55,441 bases of DNA from Rhizaria sp. SCN 62-66 (Eukaryota): positions 62,001 through 117,441 of the forward strand of contig MEDY01000038.1 of assembly GCA_001724265.1 (NCBI GenBank), read 5' to 3'. A program made the translations under genes and the position numbers. This document shows, in pieces, positions 40,893 through 53,224 of this stretch; positions within the stretch are counted from its first letter, which is position 1, and each line of letters opens with the position of its first letter. The notes beneath the pieces are model-generated. The model searched no databases. It was not told where the DNA came from and saw only the letters and a program-made list of their open reading frames with translations.

Positions 40893-43800
40893 TGAGTCGG
40901 TTGCTCCAAGTGAACAATCACAATTTTCTTCCTCAAAGTTGTCGCACGAATGTCGTTACTTGCGGCTCATACCACCCCCCACCCACTAACTGGCTGACTT
41001 GAACTCTCATGCACACATTTCTATATAGTAGCTTGGTCACAGTACTAGTTGTTAGTACGAAAACAAAGTTACACTGCTGTTGCGAATGCTTACAAGCAAA
41101 AGTCACAACGACTCCTAGACGACGCTGAACACACGAGCATGTATCATTCAGAAGACAACCGTAAACAATCACTGCAACAAAGCAAAGTGTAAGCTTTCAT
41201 TTTCACAACACGAGCAGCCACAACGAATCGTAGCTAAGATTCATAACGAAGTTAAGATCGTTGCTATATGCCTTGCTGGTTTGTTGTTGCTTTGCCGCTT
41301 CTTTTTGTTTTCTTCACCACCTGGGCAACTTATCGCGCTCGGCAAGTGATAAGTGCCGCTGAGCTTTGCGTCTGTACACACACACACTACACATACGTCT
41401 CACTCGAGTGCTATAGTGACGGCGCACCAGTGAAACTGACGACTGGCTGAATGACTGACTTGACTGCCGCTGACTCCGACCCGTCAGCCCTTTTGACAAT
41501 GGCAACAACAGTGCTCTAGGATTTGAGAACAAGGAACAAGAAGACTTAATTAGGACGAGAATGAAACTCAAAAACACAACAGTGATCACGATAGTAACAA
41601 TAATAACAACGTCGTAGTACCTAGCACTACTTTGCATTTTGTTTTTTTTTGCTCCTTGCCTTTGTGTGTGATGCTTGTTTGCACCTCTCAGTGCGGTGTG
41701 TGTCTTTGTGTGCGTTATATTGACTCTGACTGTGACTCTGTGACAACGTTACTAGTGCTCTTAGGACCCTCTTAGTACTGTAGTATGATAACAACAACAC
41801 CGCGCGCGCGCGCACACACACACACGCTCACGCGCATGCACACGAAGGCACGCTGAACGGATGCGACGACTGAACGAAGGGTACGCCTGTAAGTCTACGG
41901 CAAAGTACTGCTTACATCTCCGCTCTCCTAGTCCGCCTCCGTCCGTTGTTGCTGGTCCTATCTCTTGCTTGCTTGAAAGCACTTTGATCTTGTTTTAAGC
42001 CTCCTGATTTCGGTTTTGTTTTTTGTTTTTACTCTTTATTATGTTTGTTTTGCTCTTGTTTCACCTCTGCTTGGCGTCGCCTAGCGTTGGTCTTGTCTAG
42101 TTTTCTGCAGGGTTTTTTGTGCATACTTGCCTTGTCTGTATACGCCTCCATCCCTCCTTGATACGCGTTTGTCTGTTTACACTTTTTTTGCTTGGTTTCC
42201 TGTTCTGTGTTTGCTTCTGTTCTCTACTTCGCCTCTGGTTCGTGTTTTTTTCTGCTTTTCGTTTGAGATTAAGTTGGGATGGGGCTGCGAATTTGTTTGT
42301 ACATGTATGTGACTGTGCCACCAAACATAACTGCGATCATGTGACTAGCCTGCTGCAGCAATACTTGCTTACACGCACTTGTTATCACTGTTGTTTGTCA
42401 CAACAGTACTTAACCGGTGCGCATGTGGTACTTGTTGTGTGTGCGCTTACAACGTCCCTTTATGCTCTGCTTGCCACAGCTATGAGATTGTTTTTATAGC
42501 CAGGTTTTTAGTGTAAGTATGTACATTGCAACAGCAACAAAGTTAAGACAGCGAAAAAAGAAAAGAAAAAATAACAAAAATATTCCCAAATCATGACAAA
42601 CCTTTTGTCGTTTTATCGCTGTCGTGGTGTTGTTGCGTGTACAGAATGTATCTTCATTCCTTTTGTAATCAGTAATAATAACAAGAAAAAAAAGAAAAAA
42701 GATGTGTTTTAAAGCAATTTAGTTTTAGTGCCGTTTGTTTGTTTGTTTCGCTTTCTCTTTGGCTCTACGAAGAAAAAGCTTGTTTTTCGTCATTCTTAGT
42801 TTGTGTGTTTTCTTACTGTATGTGTTTCCCCGCTAACTTGCTCCTGCTCGCATTTGGCTGTGGTTTACTCTCTCACTGTGCTTGTTGTTAATGTTGTGTC
42901 GCACTAAAAATTGTGGTTATTTTAAATCAATGATACTATTTGTATTGTATTGACACCTCTAATCGCCACCATCTGCTTCCCTCTATCACAAACGTAACGC
43001 AACCGTGTTACTTGCAAGATCGACGACGACGACAACGACAACAACAACACAATGACGACACCCACGACAACGGCGACAAACGAGTTACCGCTCTACAGCT
43101 ACAGTTCAACATTTAGTCCACAATTACAATTACAACAATTACTACTACTACTACGATTTACGCGTTTGTTGCGTAATAAAACAGCACAACACAACAGCAC
43201 ATGGCTGTCGTTCACCGTACCTGTACGGAAAGATATTAGTATAGAAAAGATATAGAGAGACCTCTTTTAGTTTCATCAATCATTACAATAATTCACGCTC
43301 TTTACTATTCATAGTACGTACTATCTTCCTCTATCTTCCCGTCGTCATCAATCATCATCATCATCATCCCATTGTAACTAATGTTCCGTACATCCATGTC
43401 ACAATGCTCTGAATTGTTTCTCGATATTAGACGTTGTTGACCTTGCCGTTGTGGCTTTTTTTTACAAGTTTGTTCCGCGCATTGCATTTTTTTTTTGTGT
43501 GTGTCAGTCAAAGAATGACCCACACGCACACGCATCTGAAGCTTCATTCGCTGCGCTGTATTACAGTTGTTTTTGTTCTCAAGCTTACTATAGTAGTCAC
43601 ATTTACAGTCATATTCATCATTACTGTCATTGTCGCAGTAATTACCTCAATCACCCATCATCACTGTCACTGCTTCTGCCTTAAGTGTACATTAAGATCA
43701 CTGTTACGTCGGTATGTCCTACTTTGCGTTACCTTCGCCTAAACTTCTCTCTCTCTCTCTCTGGTTTTTTGATCATCATGCTGCGTTTCTGTGCTTAAAC

Positions 43801-44665
43801 CGTCTTCTTTTCTGTACTTTGTGTGCTCTCGTCTCTTTTTGTGTTTGTTTCCCTCTCTTTTAGTTTCTTCTTTCTCTTTTCGACAATTCTTCATGTGTTT
43901 GTTGTTTGCTTTGTCGTTGCTTTTTTGTATACTCCCACGTTCAGCGCATTACTGCTGATCATTAACAACAAACAAGAACACACAGTATCACACCTGATCC
44001 TCGCTAACATGCTGTCTCCTTCCACCTCTTCTCATCAATGACGACACAACACGCACGATCTCGCACATATTGTATCTAACACCCAACACTTGTTGCTTTC
44101 CTTGTTGTTGCTCTCACTGATTCTGTGAATGTGTCTCAATGCTCCAAGAGTGTGTGTCACTGTTGTTTCGTACATGTCTATGCGCCTCCTCATTCTTTTA
44201 TGCACACTTTACTCGAATTATAATACATTGTGATAACAATAACAAAATTTGAACTCGCATCAATTGTGTCCGAAAATGGACCTGTTGTTCCTTTGTGAAT
44301 GCTAAAGGATTCTTTTATTTGTTATGATCAATTCTCGTTGAATATGTGAAATTTTCGACACAGAGACAAACCACTTGAAAGAAAACGCACAGTGAACTAC
44401 ATATCGAGCGGAAGAAAAAGGTAAGAAGATATTGATGTGTGACAGCGTGTGACTATGGGAAATGCTCACAGTCGTATCACAGGAGATCACATGAACACAA
44501 GAAGAAATAAAGAATGAAATGATCAGGATAGATAATCAATGATAAAGGAACAACAAAACGGGTGAAATATGCGCAAGTGCGCATGACACAACAAATCATG
44601 CAAACAACACCAAGTGATAGTGAGCACAAAAATGCCATCGCTCATGTTTGCTACACCTCGCTTCA

Positions 44666-47600
44666 TTACATCGCTTGCTGCATGAGTGAATAAACCATCT
44701 TGAGCGCATCGCTCTCGCCCTTGTCGAGCCCGTCCTCGCCCACAAAGGAGTCCGCGCCGAGCCCGCCACTCACGCCCGCGAAGCTGAAGGTGCCCACGGT
44801 CATGTTAGAGTGCGAGCCCGGCCCGCATTGCTGCGTGTTGCCGAAGCCGTGAGGCCCGAGCCCGGTGACGGGGCCGACGTCGCTACTGCGCAGCGTGGCC
44901 GTCAGCGCGGCGTACTCCTGCGACACGCGCTGCGTTTCGGTCGCCGCGGCGACACAGAGGCGCGCCGTGCGCAGGTGCGCGGCCGCACCCGAGTCGGAGC
45001 CAGAGGCTGAGCCGATGCCGCGGCTCTTGCGCGCCGCCGCCAGCGCCTGCTTCATCGTCGCGACCCCGGGGGCGTTGCCCGCCGTGGCGCGCGCGTTGAG
45101 CGTGTTCATGCTGTTGGCGTGACTGCTGCTCAGAGACACGGCGCCGGACTGAGACAACACTCCGCCGCGGCCGCTTGCGCCGAGAGCGACGCCCGCAGCG
45201 CCGGCGCCCCCCGTGATGGGGAAGCGGCCCAGCGCGATGTCGCGCTCGCGCTCGCGGCGCAGCGTCTCCTGCCGCTCCCGCAGCCGCGCCACCTGGCGCG
45301 CGCGCTCGCCGCGCAGCAGCGCCACGCGGAGCTTCAGCGCGCGCGCGAGCCGGTCCCGCGCAATGAGCTTGACCGCGAGCGCCTCGCCGCAGTGGCGGCA
45401 CGCGGCGGCCGAGGCGGAGCTCACGCCGGAGCCCTTGGTCGACCCCGCACCACCTCCGCCGCCGCCGACGCCGCCAATGGCTCTCGCGCTGGCGCCGAAG
45501 ACGCGCGCGGTCGCGACGGCGCTGCTGGAGGTCGTGCTCGCGAAGGCAGACTGCGCCGAAGGGCTGTTCACGCTCTTCGGCGTCGCGCCTGCGCTCGCGC
45601 TCGCGGGAGAGCCGTTGGCGGTGTTGCTGGGGAGCGGAAACGTGACCTGTTGTACGTCGTCGTCGTACAAGCTGTCCTTGTTCGCGTCGAAGGAACAGCC
45701 GCCTCCGCTGCCGGCGTGGCAGAAGAGCGCGTAGCACGCGAGCTGGTGCAGCGCGACCTCGTCCAGCGCCTCAGCAGCGCCCACGTCGCTCTCGCCCGCG
45801 CCGCCGCCGTCGCCGGCGGCGATGCGGGCACGCACGGCGGCGGCGGTGGCGGAGGCGGCGGCGGGCGTGGCGACGAGCTCGGGGAAGCGCGAGCGCAGCG
45901 CGCTGTAGTACGACAACGGGAATGAGAACGCCACCGCTGGCTGGACGGCGATCTTGCGGGCAGAGGCGTCGTCCGCAGAGCTCTGGCTCGCGGCGAACGA
46001 GAACGGGAAAGCGTCAACAGTGTTGCCGCTGTGGCTGCTGTTCTGAGCGGTGTCGATGGGGTAATTGTGGTTGTACGCAGCGGAGTTCGTCTCGAGAGAC
46101 AGTGGGTGCGTGAACGTGCCGTAAATTCCGTTGCTATAACCGCTTACCCCGGCTCCGGCAGCGCTGCTGCTCGACACGCTCAGTGCAGCCAGCGCGGCGA
46201 CCGCGTCGCTGCTGCCGCCGTTGCAGCCTGTCGCGCCGTCGTAGCCGCTCTTGGGGAGGCTCGTCAGCACTGCGCTGCGCGACAGCAACTGTGCGAGCGC
46301 CTGCGACTGTGTCAGTGCCTGCGAGTTGGCGAGCCCCGCGCGGCTGCGGCCGCGGCTCTGCCCGCTGCTGCGCAGGTTCGACCGCAACAGTAGCTGCGAC
46401 TGCCCAAGTGGCGAGCCCTCGCCCGCGCCCGCGCCCACGCCCGCGCCCGCGCCGTCGCACACGTCAGCGCTGAACGTGATGGTGCCGGTGCTCGCGGTGC
46501 CGCTCTTGCCCTTGCCGTAGCTGCTGGTGTTCGCGCTGGCGGGCGCAGCGGTGAGTGCAGCGGGAGACACGGGCTCGACGGTGAGCGCGCGCTGCACGCG
46601 CCGCATGTCGGCCACAAGCGCGTTGAAGGCATCGCCGAGCGTGATCTGCCCATGCACCCGCGTGCCCGCAGCGCCCCCGCGCGCGCCATGCGTGCCATGC
46701 GCGCTGGGGGTGGAGGCGAAGAGCAGGCGCGCGACGGCCGTGGCCGCGGCGGGGCCGACCTCGCTGGCGAGCGCGCGCGTGAGGTACGTGCGCGAGAGCG
46801 GCAGCGCCAGCACGCGCGCCGTGAGCTGTGACAGCGACTGCGCGGCGGGCTGCGGCGGCGCCAGGCGCGTCGAGTAGCCGCCGCCGCCGCTCGCGCGCAC
46901 GGTCACGGCCAAGCTCGCGCTTCTGCTGCCGATGTTCAGAGACTCCGCAGTGGAATCGACGCTAGCGTTGTTGTCCTCGTCGTCGTAGTAGCCGTGGTTG
47001 TTGTTGTCAACGGGGTTGGTCTTGGTGGCGTAGACGGAGGACTGGGTGAGAACGCCAAGCAGCGCGAGCGTGCGGAGCGCAACAAACACGCGCGCGTGCA
47101 GCACAGACACCACAAAGTGGCCGAAGAGCACCATCAAACCGCTGTTAGGCCCGCTAGCGCCCGCGCCCGCGCTCGCGATGGAGATGAGCGCCTTGGTGAG
47201 CGCGGCGAACTTGAGGTAGGCCGCCACGAGCGCCGTGGCCGCGCTGGCCCCGACGCCCGCGCTCGTGCTGCCGGTGCTGGTGCTGGCGCTGTTGCTGCCG
47301 GCGCCACCGGCGGTGGTCGACGAGAGGAGCTTGCGGAGGTGCGGCGGCGACAGCAGCGCGTCCCAGCAGCAGCACTGCGGCGCCGGCGAGGCCGCGGTGG
47401 TCACGCCCGCGCTCAGCACGCCATGCGCAGAGGCCGCCGCCGCCGTCGCAGCGGCTGCGGCGGCCGCGGTGGAGCCAGTGCCAGCGCCGCCACTGCCCGC
47501 GCTAGCGAGAGCGTTGTTACTGCCGCCGCTGCCCGCGCCGAGACCGCTCACGCCACCGATGTTGCTGTTGTTGTTGGTGTGGCCATGGCGGAGGGCGCCG

Positions 47601-50276
47601 CCGGTGTGGGCGAGCGCGAGCACGGGCGTAGTGGGCGGGCGGTAGTACTGCTGCGCGGCCGAATAGAGCGCCTCGGCGCAGGCAACGGCGCGCGGGTCGC
47701 TGTCGTCGACGCTGTAGAAGTCGCCCTCGAGCGCGCCCGTGAGGCGCACGCCGTAGGACGGCGCGGCGGCGACCGCGGCGGCGGCCTCGGCCACAGCCAG
47801 CGGCACCGCGGTGGCAAAGGGCAGCCGCGTCAAGTGCGCCAGCGCGGGCGTCAACGTGGGCGACGCCAGCGTCACCAGACCGGCGCTGCTGCTGCTGCTG
47901 CTACTGCTGTTGCTGTTGCTGCTGTTGGCGGTGACGACGGTGGTGCCGATCGTGGCGCAGCCACGCACGGGGTAACTCAAGCCGCTGGGGGTCGTCGCCG
48001 TGTCAGAGCAAGCGCCAGCGCCAGCGGACGTTGTGTAGGCCAAGGCCGAGGAGTGCAGGTGGGGGAAGGGAAAAGCAGTGGCAGCCAGGGGGGCGACGCG
48101 CGAGGCGGCGGGGCGCCAGGCACGCGTGCCGCTCACGGTCACCTGCGACGTCGACGCAGAAGAAGAAGAAGAAGAAGAAGAAGAAGACAGCGAGGAGTCA
48201 TCGTCGGAGCTGAGACTGCCAGTGCCGTCCTTGGCGAGCGTCGCGTTGGCCTTGCCGGAGGGCGAGTGGGGCGCGAGTGCGTTGTTGAACCGCTTGCCGG
48301 TGACCTGCGCGACAATGAGCGCCGAGAGCGCCACCGCGGTGCGTGGCTGCGCGAGCAGTGCGGAGACCAGGTCGCCGGGCGCGAGCGGCGCCGAGAGGCT
48401 TGCGCTCGAGACGCCCGAGGCCGCCAGCGGGCTCAGGCCGGCGGCCGTGACGGGGGGCTGGTTCGTGCTGGGGACGCCGAACGTGGAGGCGCTCACGGGG
48501 CTGCTGGCGCTGGCGCTGGCGCTGGCGTTGGGCAGGTAGGGCTCGGCGACCGGGACGAGCGTGGCGAGACCAGAATAGGCGCTGTGGACACCGGCAGCCT
48601 TTGTCTTCGCAGTCTTCGCGTTCGTGCTGCTGCTCGTGCTGTTTGGGGAAAGGATGTTGGCGATGGCAGCAACTGTGGCGACACCTAACGGAGACGCCGA
48701 TGACAGCGACGACAAATCATCACTCGAACTCGAGCTAGAGCTAGAGCTAGAGCTGGGATTGCTTAAGAGAGAGCTCGTGACTGGGATGAAAGGGTGCGGC
48801 GACAGCAGCAGCTCCGTCATATCCCCCGCACTGGCGCTCGCACTCGCGCTGCCGTTGGTGCTGGCGCTAGCGTTGTCGTCGTTGTCGGCGGTGATCGCGT
48901 GAGTATGTGTGGTGGCGAGCTGGAGCTGCTCCAGCGTGGGCGCGGCAATCGCCCCGGCCTTGGAGTGGAGGTACTTGAGGAGGGCCGCTTTTTGCTGGCC
49001 GGTGAGGCCGTCAAGCACGGGCAGACCGCCCTCCCAGCCGCGACTAAGCCCCTTAGACTGCCGGATAAGCGCTCCATTAGATCCATCAGCAGCGTCACTC
49101 TGGTGATGCTGCTGATCCAAATCATCACTACTCATACTATCAGAGGGAGAATGGGGAGAGACGCATGTGTTGCCGCCCCATCCGCGCTGCGCGCGCGTGT
49201 CGAGGCGCGCCCGGGCGTTCGCGCGCGCGGTAGTCTTGCCGGTGTCGACACCGTTGGCCACGGCGCGCGCGGCGGCGACCGAGAGGCAGGCGTCGTCCGA
49301 GGGCGCCAGATGGCACGCCGCGGCCGCCGCCGAGGTGGGCGCGAAGCCCGCGGTCACGCCGAGCGTCGGGGCGGGCGCCGAGGGGGGCGCCACGGGCAGA
49401 CAGGCGCCGGAGCAGCCGCCGCCGCCGCCTGCCCCGCCAGTCGCGCACAGGCTGTTGTTGGTGCTATCGCCATGATTGGCTGCGGAGGCGGCGGTGGTGG
49501 CAGAGTTGGGGTTGATAGTGCGCGCGTGCTGGTAGAGGTCACCGTCAATGGGGCAGCCCTGCTGCGCGAGGAACTCGACGGCCTGCGGGTAGAAGGGCGT
49601 GAGCAGCCCGATGGCTTCGTGGTCCTCCAGCTCCAGCGCGCGCCGCAGCGCCGCGGCCGTGGTGGGCCGCACGGCGTACTCGGACAGGAAACGCAGCAAC
49701 AGCGGCATGTTGCCCGTCTCGGTCAGCGCGAGCAAGCACGAGTCGGCGGCGGCGGCGCGGGAGAGCGCGAGGGAATGCGAGTCGGCAGCACGCGGAGCGA
49801 AAGGCCGGTGCGCCATAAGGAGCGCGACAGTCGAGTCGAGCCCCATCCAGATCGCGGTCAGCACAGCGCACTAGACGCCGCGGTAGTACGGCACCACGGG
49901 GTCCGCGCCCGCCTCGAGCAGCGCCGAGACGGTCGCGTCGGCGGTGGGCAGGCGCGAGCGGACGGCCAGCGTCAGCGCCGTCTGCTTGTGCACGGGGGAG
50001 ACGAGGTTGGGGTCGGCGCCGTGCTCCAGCAGCAGGCGCACGATCGAGCGACGGCCGTTAACGGCAGCAACCATGAGCGGGGACAGGTGCGTGTAGCAGT
50101 GGAGCACGTTGAGGCGCGCGCGGTTGTCGCAGAGCATCGTCGTCGCCGTGCCCAGGTAGCCCTCCTCGCACGCGTAGAAGAGGCGCTCCGTCGCGGGCGG
50201 CATGTGCGGGGCGGAGAGTGCGGACTGGGACAGCATGTGCGAGGCCGTGACCACGGTGTTCGTGCCAGCGGTCGAT

Positions 50277-50309
<33 letters not shown>

Positions 50310-50632
50310 GCAGCGGCAGCGGCAGCGGTGGCAGAACCAGAGCCGGAGCCGGAGCCAACAGTCACAATTTTGCCAGGGATGGTGCTGTTGTTGTTGTTGT
50401 GCACGGACGATGACTGGGAGGAAGGCGCTTCAACCACCATCTCGGGCTCAACGCCGGTGTTAGTCCAGGCGGGCAGCGCGGGGAAGCGACGCGCGCGGCG
50501 GTAGTCGCAGTAGCCGTGGTGGCTGACCTGGTACTGGGTGAAGCTCGAGGTCGAGCTGGCGACGCTCGAGTACGCCTCCGTCGTGCTCTTCAGCAGCGGC
50601 GGCGCGCCGACGAGCGCGGGGGGCGACTGCAT
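44666..50632 (-). CDS. Large ankyrin-repeat protein with a long low-complexity body and C-terminal predicted coiled coil; one 1,989-codon frame with a single internal TAG at 49871-49873
   Basis: Ankyrin repeats (LFYACEEG, SPLMVAAVNGRRSIVRLLLEHGADPN, TALTLA...LLEAGADP) continue in register across the TAG (RGV*CAVLTAIWMGLDSTVALLM). ORFs 49871..50632 and 44666..49864 are in frame, two codons apart. Terminal stop is TAA, followed by TGA. Confidence 0.75.
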
Positions 50633-51173
50633 GAACTAAAGGTGTGACGGGGAAAGCGCAAAAAGGGCACAGGAAAAGCGTGGAAAGAGCGCAGGAGGCG
50701 AGTGCGGTAGCGAGAGACTGTACAGGACTGGGAGAACTTGACTGTGGGAGAGCCTGTGCGAGTGTAGAAAAGTAATACAGGACAAAATATAAAACGTGCA
50801 AAGATTATACATTGAGATTATCCATTTGATCAAACCTTATATCGAAATGACGAAGTCTTCCTGTTGATTCAAAGGGGTTTCATAACAGTCGTTTCTTCTC
50901 TGCGGTGACTGGTGAGCAACTGCCAATTTTTTTTGCTTGGCCCTTAAGCTCAGATGTCACCACAACTTTCGACTGAATGAAGTTCCGCTAAACAGAACTG
51001 TCATGCGATCTACCAAACTGCTACTACTGTTTAGAATATATTTCTTACTATGTTCACTGAGTAAACGCAAGTAAATGTTACGGCCAACTGCAGTGGAAAG
51101 GTGCGCAAAAGCTGTAGTTAAATTTTTATTTCAGCGAGGGGGGACACGGTGCAATTGCAACTCAGCGTTGCGT

Positions 51174-51174
<1 letters not shown>

Positions 51175-51214
<40 letters not shown>
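51175..51214. repeat. (CA)20 microsatellite
   Basis: Perfect CA dinucleotide run in intergenic DNA. Confidence 0.95.
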
Positions 51215-51216
<2 letters not shown>

Positions 51217-51338
51217 ATCAATGGCCTTATATTAATATCACATCCCCACGTAAACTACAGTAGTATAGGTAACTGCGTATTCGACAAACATAAACAAATT
51301 TGTTCTTGCAAAAAAGGTACAATTAGCATTTCGCAACG

Positions 51339-52386
51339 TTAGTTCTTCCCACTCTTGCTCTTCATGACCTCGGCAACATCCTGGCTAAACTTCGCGCGAA
51401 CGGCATCCTTGGCCTTCTCGCACTGCTGTTTGACCCGCTCGAACTCGCCCTTGTCCTCGGCCTCGCTGAGGATCTGCTGGCAGTTGTCCGAAGCCAGGAA
51501 GTCGACGCCGCACGCCGCCAGCGCGGCGATCTGCGCCACGGCCTGCGCGCCGTGGCACGCCTCGTCGGCCGCGCTGGCCGCCGCGGAGAGCTCTGTCCCG
51601 GCGGCCACAAGCTTGAGCACGGTGTTGGCGTTGCACTGGTAGAGCATCGCCATCGCCAGCGGCGTGCGGCTGAAGCAGTCCTCGACCAAGTTGGGGTTCG
51701 CCTTGTGCTTGAGCAGCAGGTCCGCGATCGGGCAATCGCCCACGGGCGTCGGTGCGGAGTCGTCGCAGACCATGTGCTCGCTGTACGCCACGTGCAGCGG
51801 CGTCGCGCCGTCGACGTCTTGTGCGCTCACGTCCGCGCCGGCCTGGAGCAGCGCCTGGGCCGCGGAGAGCGAGTTGGCGTCCACGGCGTAGCGCAGCGGC
51901 GTGAACTGGCTGTAGCACGCCTTGCATTCCAGGTCGGCCCCGGCGGCGGCCAGGAGCGCGACCGCCGCGGCGTCGCCGGCCTTTGCGGCGTAGTGGAGCG
52001 CGGTGTGCTCGTTGAAGTCGCCCGCGGCAGTGTTGAGCTGGTCGGGGGTGAGGCCAGCCAGCGCGGCGGCGCCAGAGGACTTGACGCGCTCGTACAGGGC
52101 TACCGTGAAGTGATGAAATTGTCAGCAAAGGCATGAAAAAGTGAGAAAATGAAGATTTTGCGACGAGAGACATGAATGAGAGCGAGACAGATTCGACAAC
52201 AATGAGTTTCACTGATGCGAGACAATGTGATTTTAATCTAAAGTTAAGTCATCGTATGAACATAAGACTCTGGTGGAAACATAATCAGTCCTAAGTGAAA
52301 TTGGCCTGGTCTAGAGTGCATTCTATGTTAGAAAAGTGCTTTGACGTACCGAGACTTTGAGAACTTTCGTCTTCGTTGTCAGACAT
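51339..52386 (-). CDS. Small ankyrin-repeat protein, tandem copy A; exons 52386-52350, 52099-51339; ~265 aa
   Basis: MSDNEDESSQSL|ALYERVKS...HTALHYAAKAGD...TPLRYAVDAN...GATPLHVA...RTPLAMA. GTACGT..TAG intron. Stop is TAA. Confidence 0.85.
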
Positions 52387-53224
52387 GATAGATTTGCGAC
52401 TAGTTGTACAAGCACCGGGGATAAGTTGCAGTAGTAGTGTTGTGATAGTGCCTCTAATGATCTAGGGACAGAGTAAAGCTTGAAAGAGCTAGATAGAGAA
52501 ATGATTGTAGTAACAATAAGTGAGTGAGGCTACGAGTGTTTCCTAGAAAAAGAAGCAATATGGAAGGGATGAAGATGAATTATCAACAGAAATCGCTGGA
52601 TAAGCAAGCTTCTCTCGCATATGTACGTTGTGGTACGGCTGCATAATACGAACCAAAGATTGTCGCATGGTATATGCGTGGAAAGAAGAACGACTGTTTG
52701 AGCGCCAGAGTGGGACAGCAAAGGTGGATATCCCCATCTCTCACGCACCCGAGAATAAAATGAAATAAAGTACAGAAACATATAATGCGTAATCAAACGG
52801 AAATTTCTGCAGACAGAACTATTTGACGGACTTATGACCTCGAACAGCTCTTCACAAAAGTGTCATCTGCTCAACCTCCATCCCACCACCAACGCAAAAC
52901 AAGAAGACGAACATGAGTAACTTGCACACACGCGCAGTCTGTCACTTGAAAACGGCACAATCCGTTCTATAAACTTGAAGTCATCAGTATTGGCAGTAGA
53001 TCTTATATCCCCTTCTCTCAACTCGTCAAATAACAAAGTCTCTCATGAGTGCGCTTGTCGCGCACCCAATGTCACGTCACACAAGAAAAACGCAATTTCA
53101 GACTGTATTTCAATCATAATCAGTGTCATTCTCTCACAATCTAAAATGAACAAAGCAAAACCTCGACATACTATACTCCACAAAAATATTGCGTGCTCTC
53201 AACCCACGCAAGTACTGAATTGAA

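Noticed and set aside
48158-48188. (GAA)n run, and the (GCA)n run near 50280-50325
   Set aside because: These encode poly-Ser and poly-Ala tracts within the large ankyrin gene; they are not independent elements.
49871-49897. Tiny intron removing the ankyrin TAG (19-nt GTACTA...CTAG, or 24/27-nt GTG...TAG)
   Set aside because: The 19-nt excision shifts the frame into a TGA within a few codons. The 24/27-nt options have non-consensus donors, are GC-rich, are far shorter than all 14 real introns and would delete the ankyrin hairpin loop.
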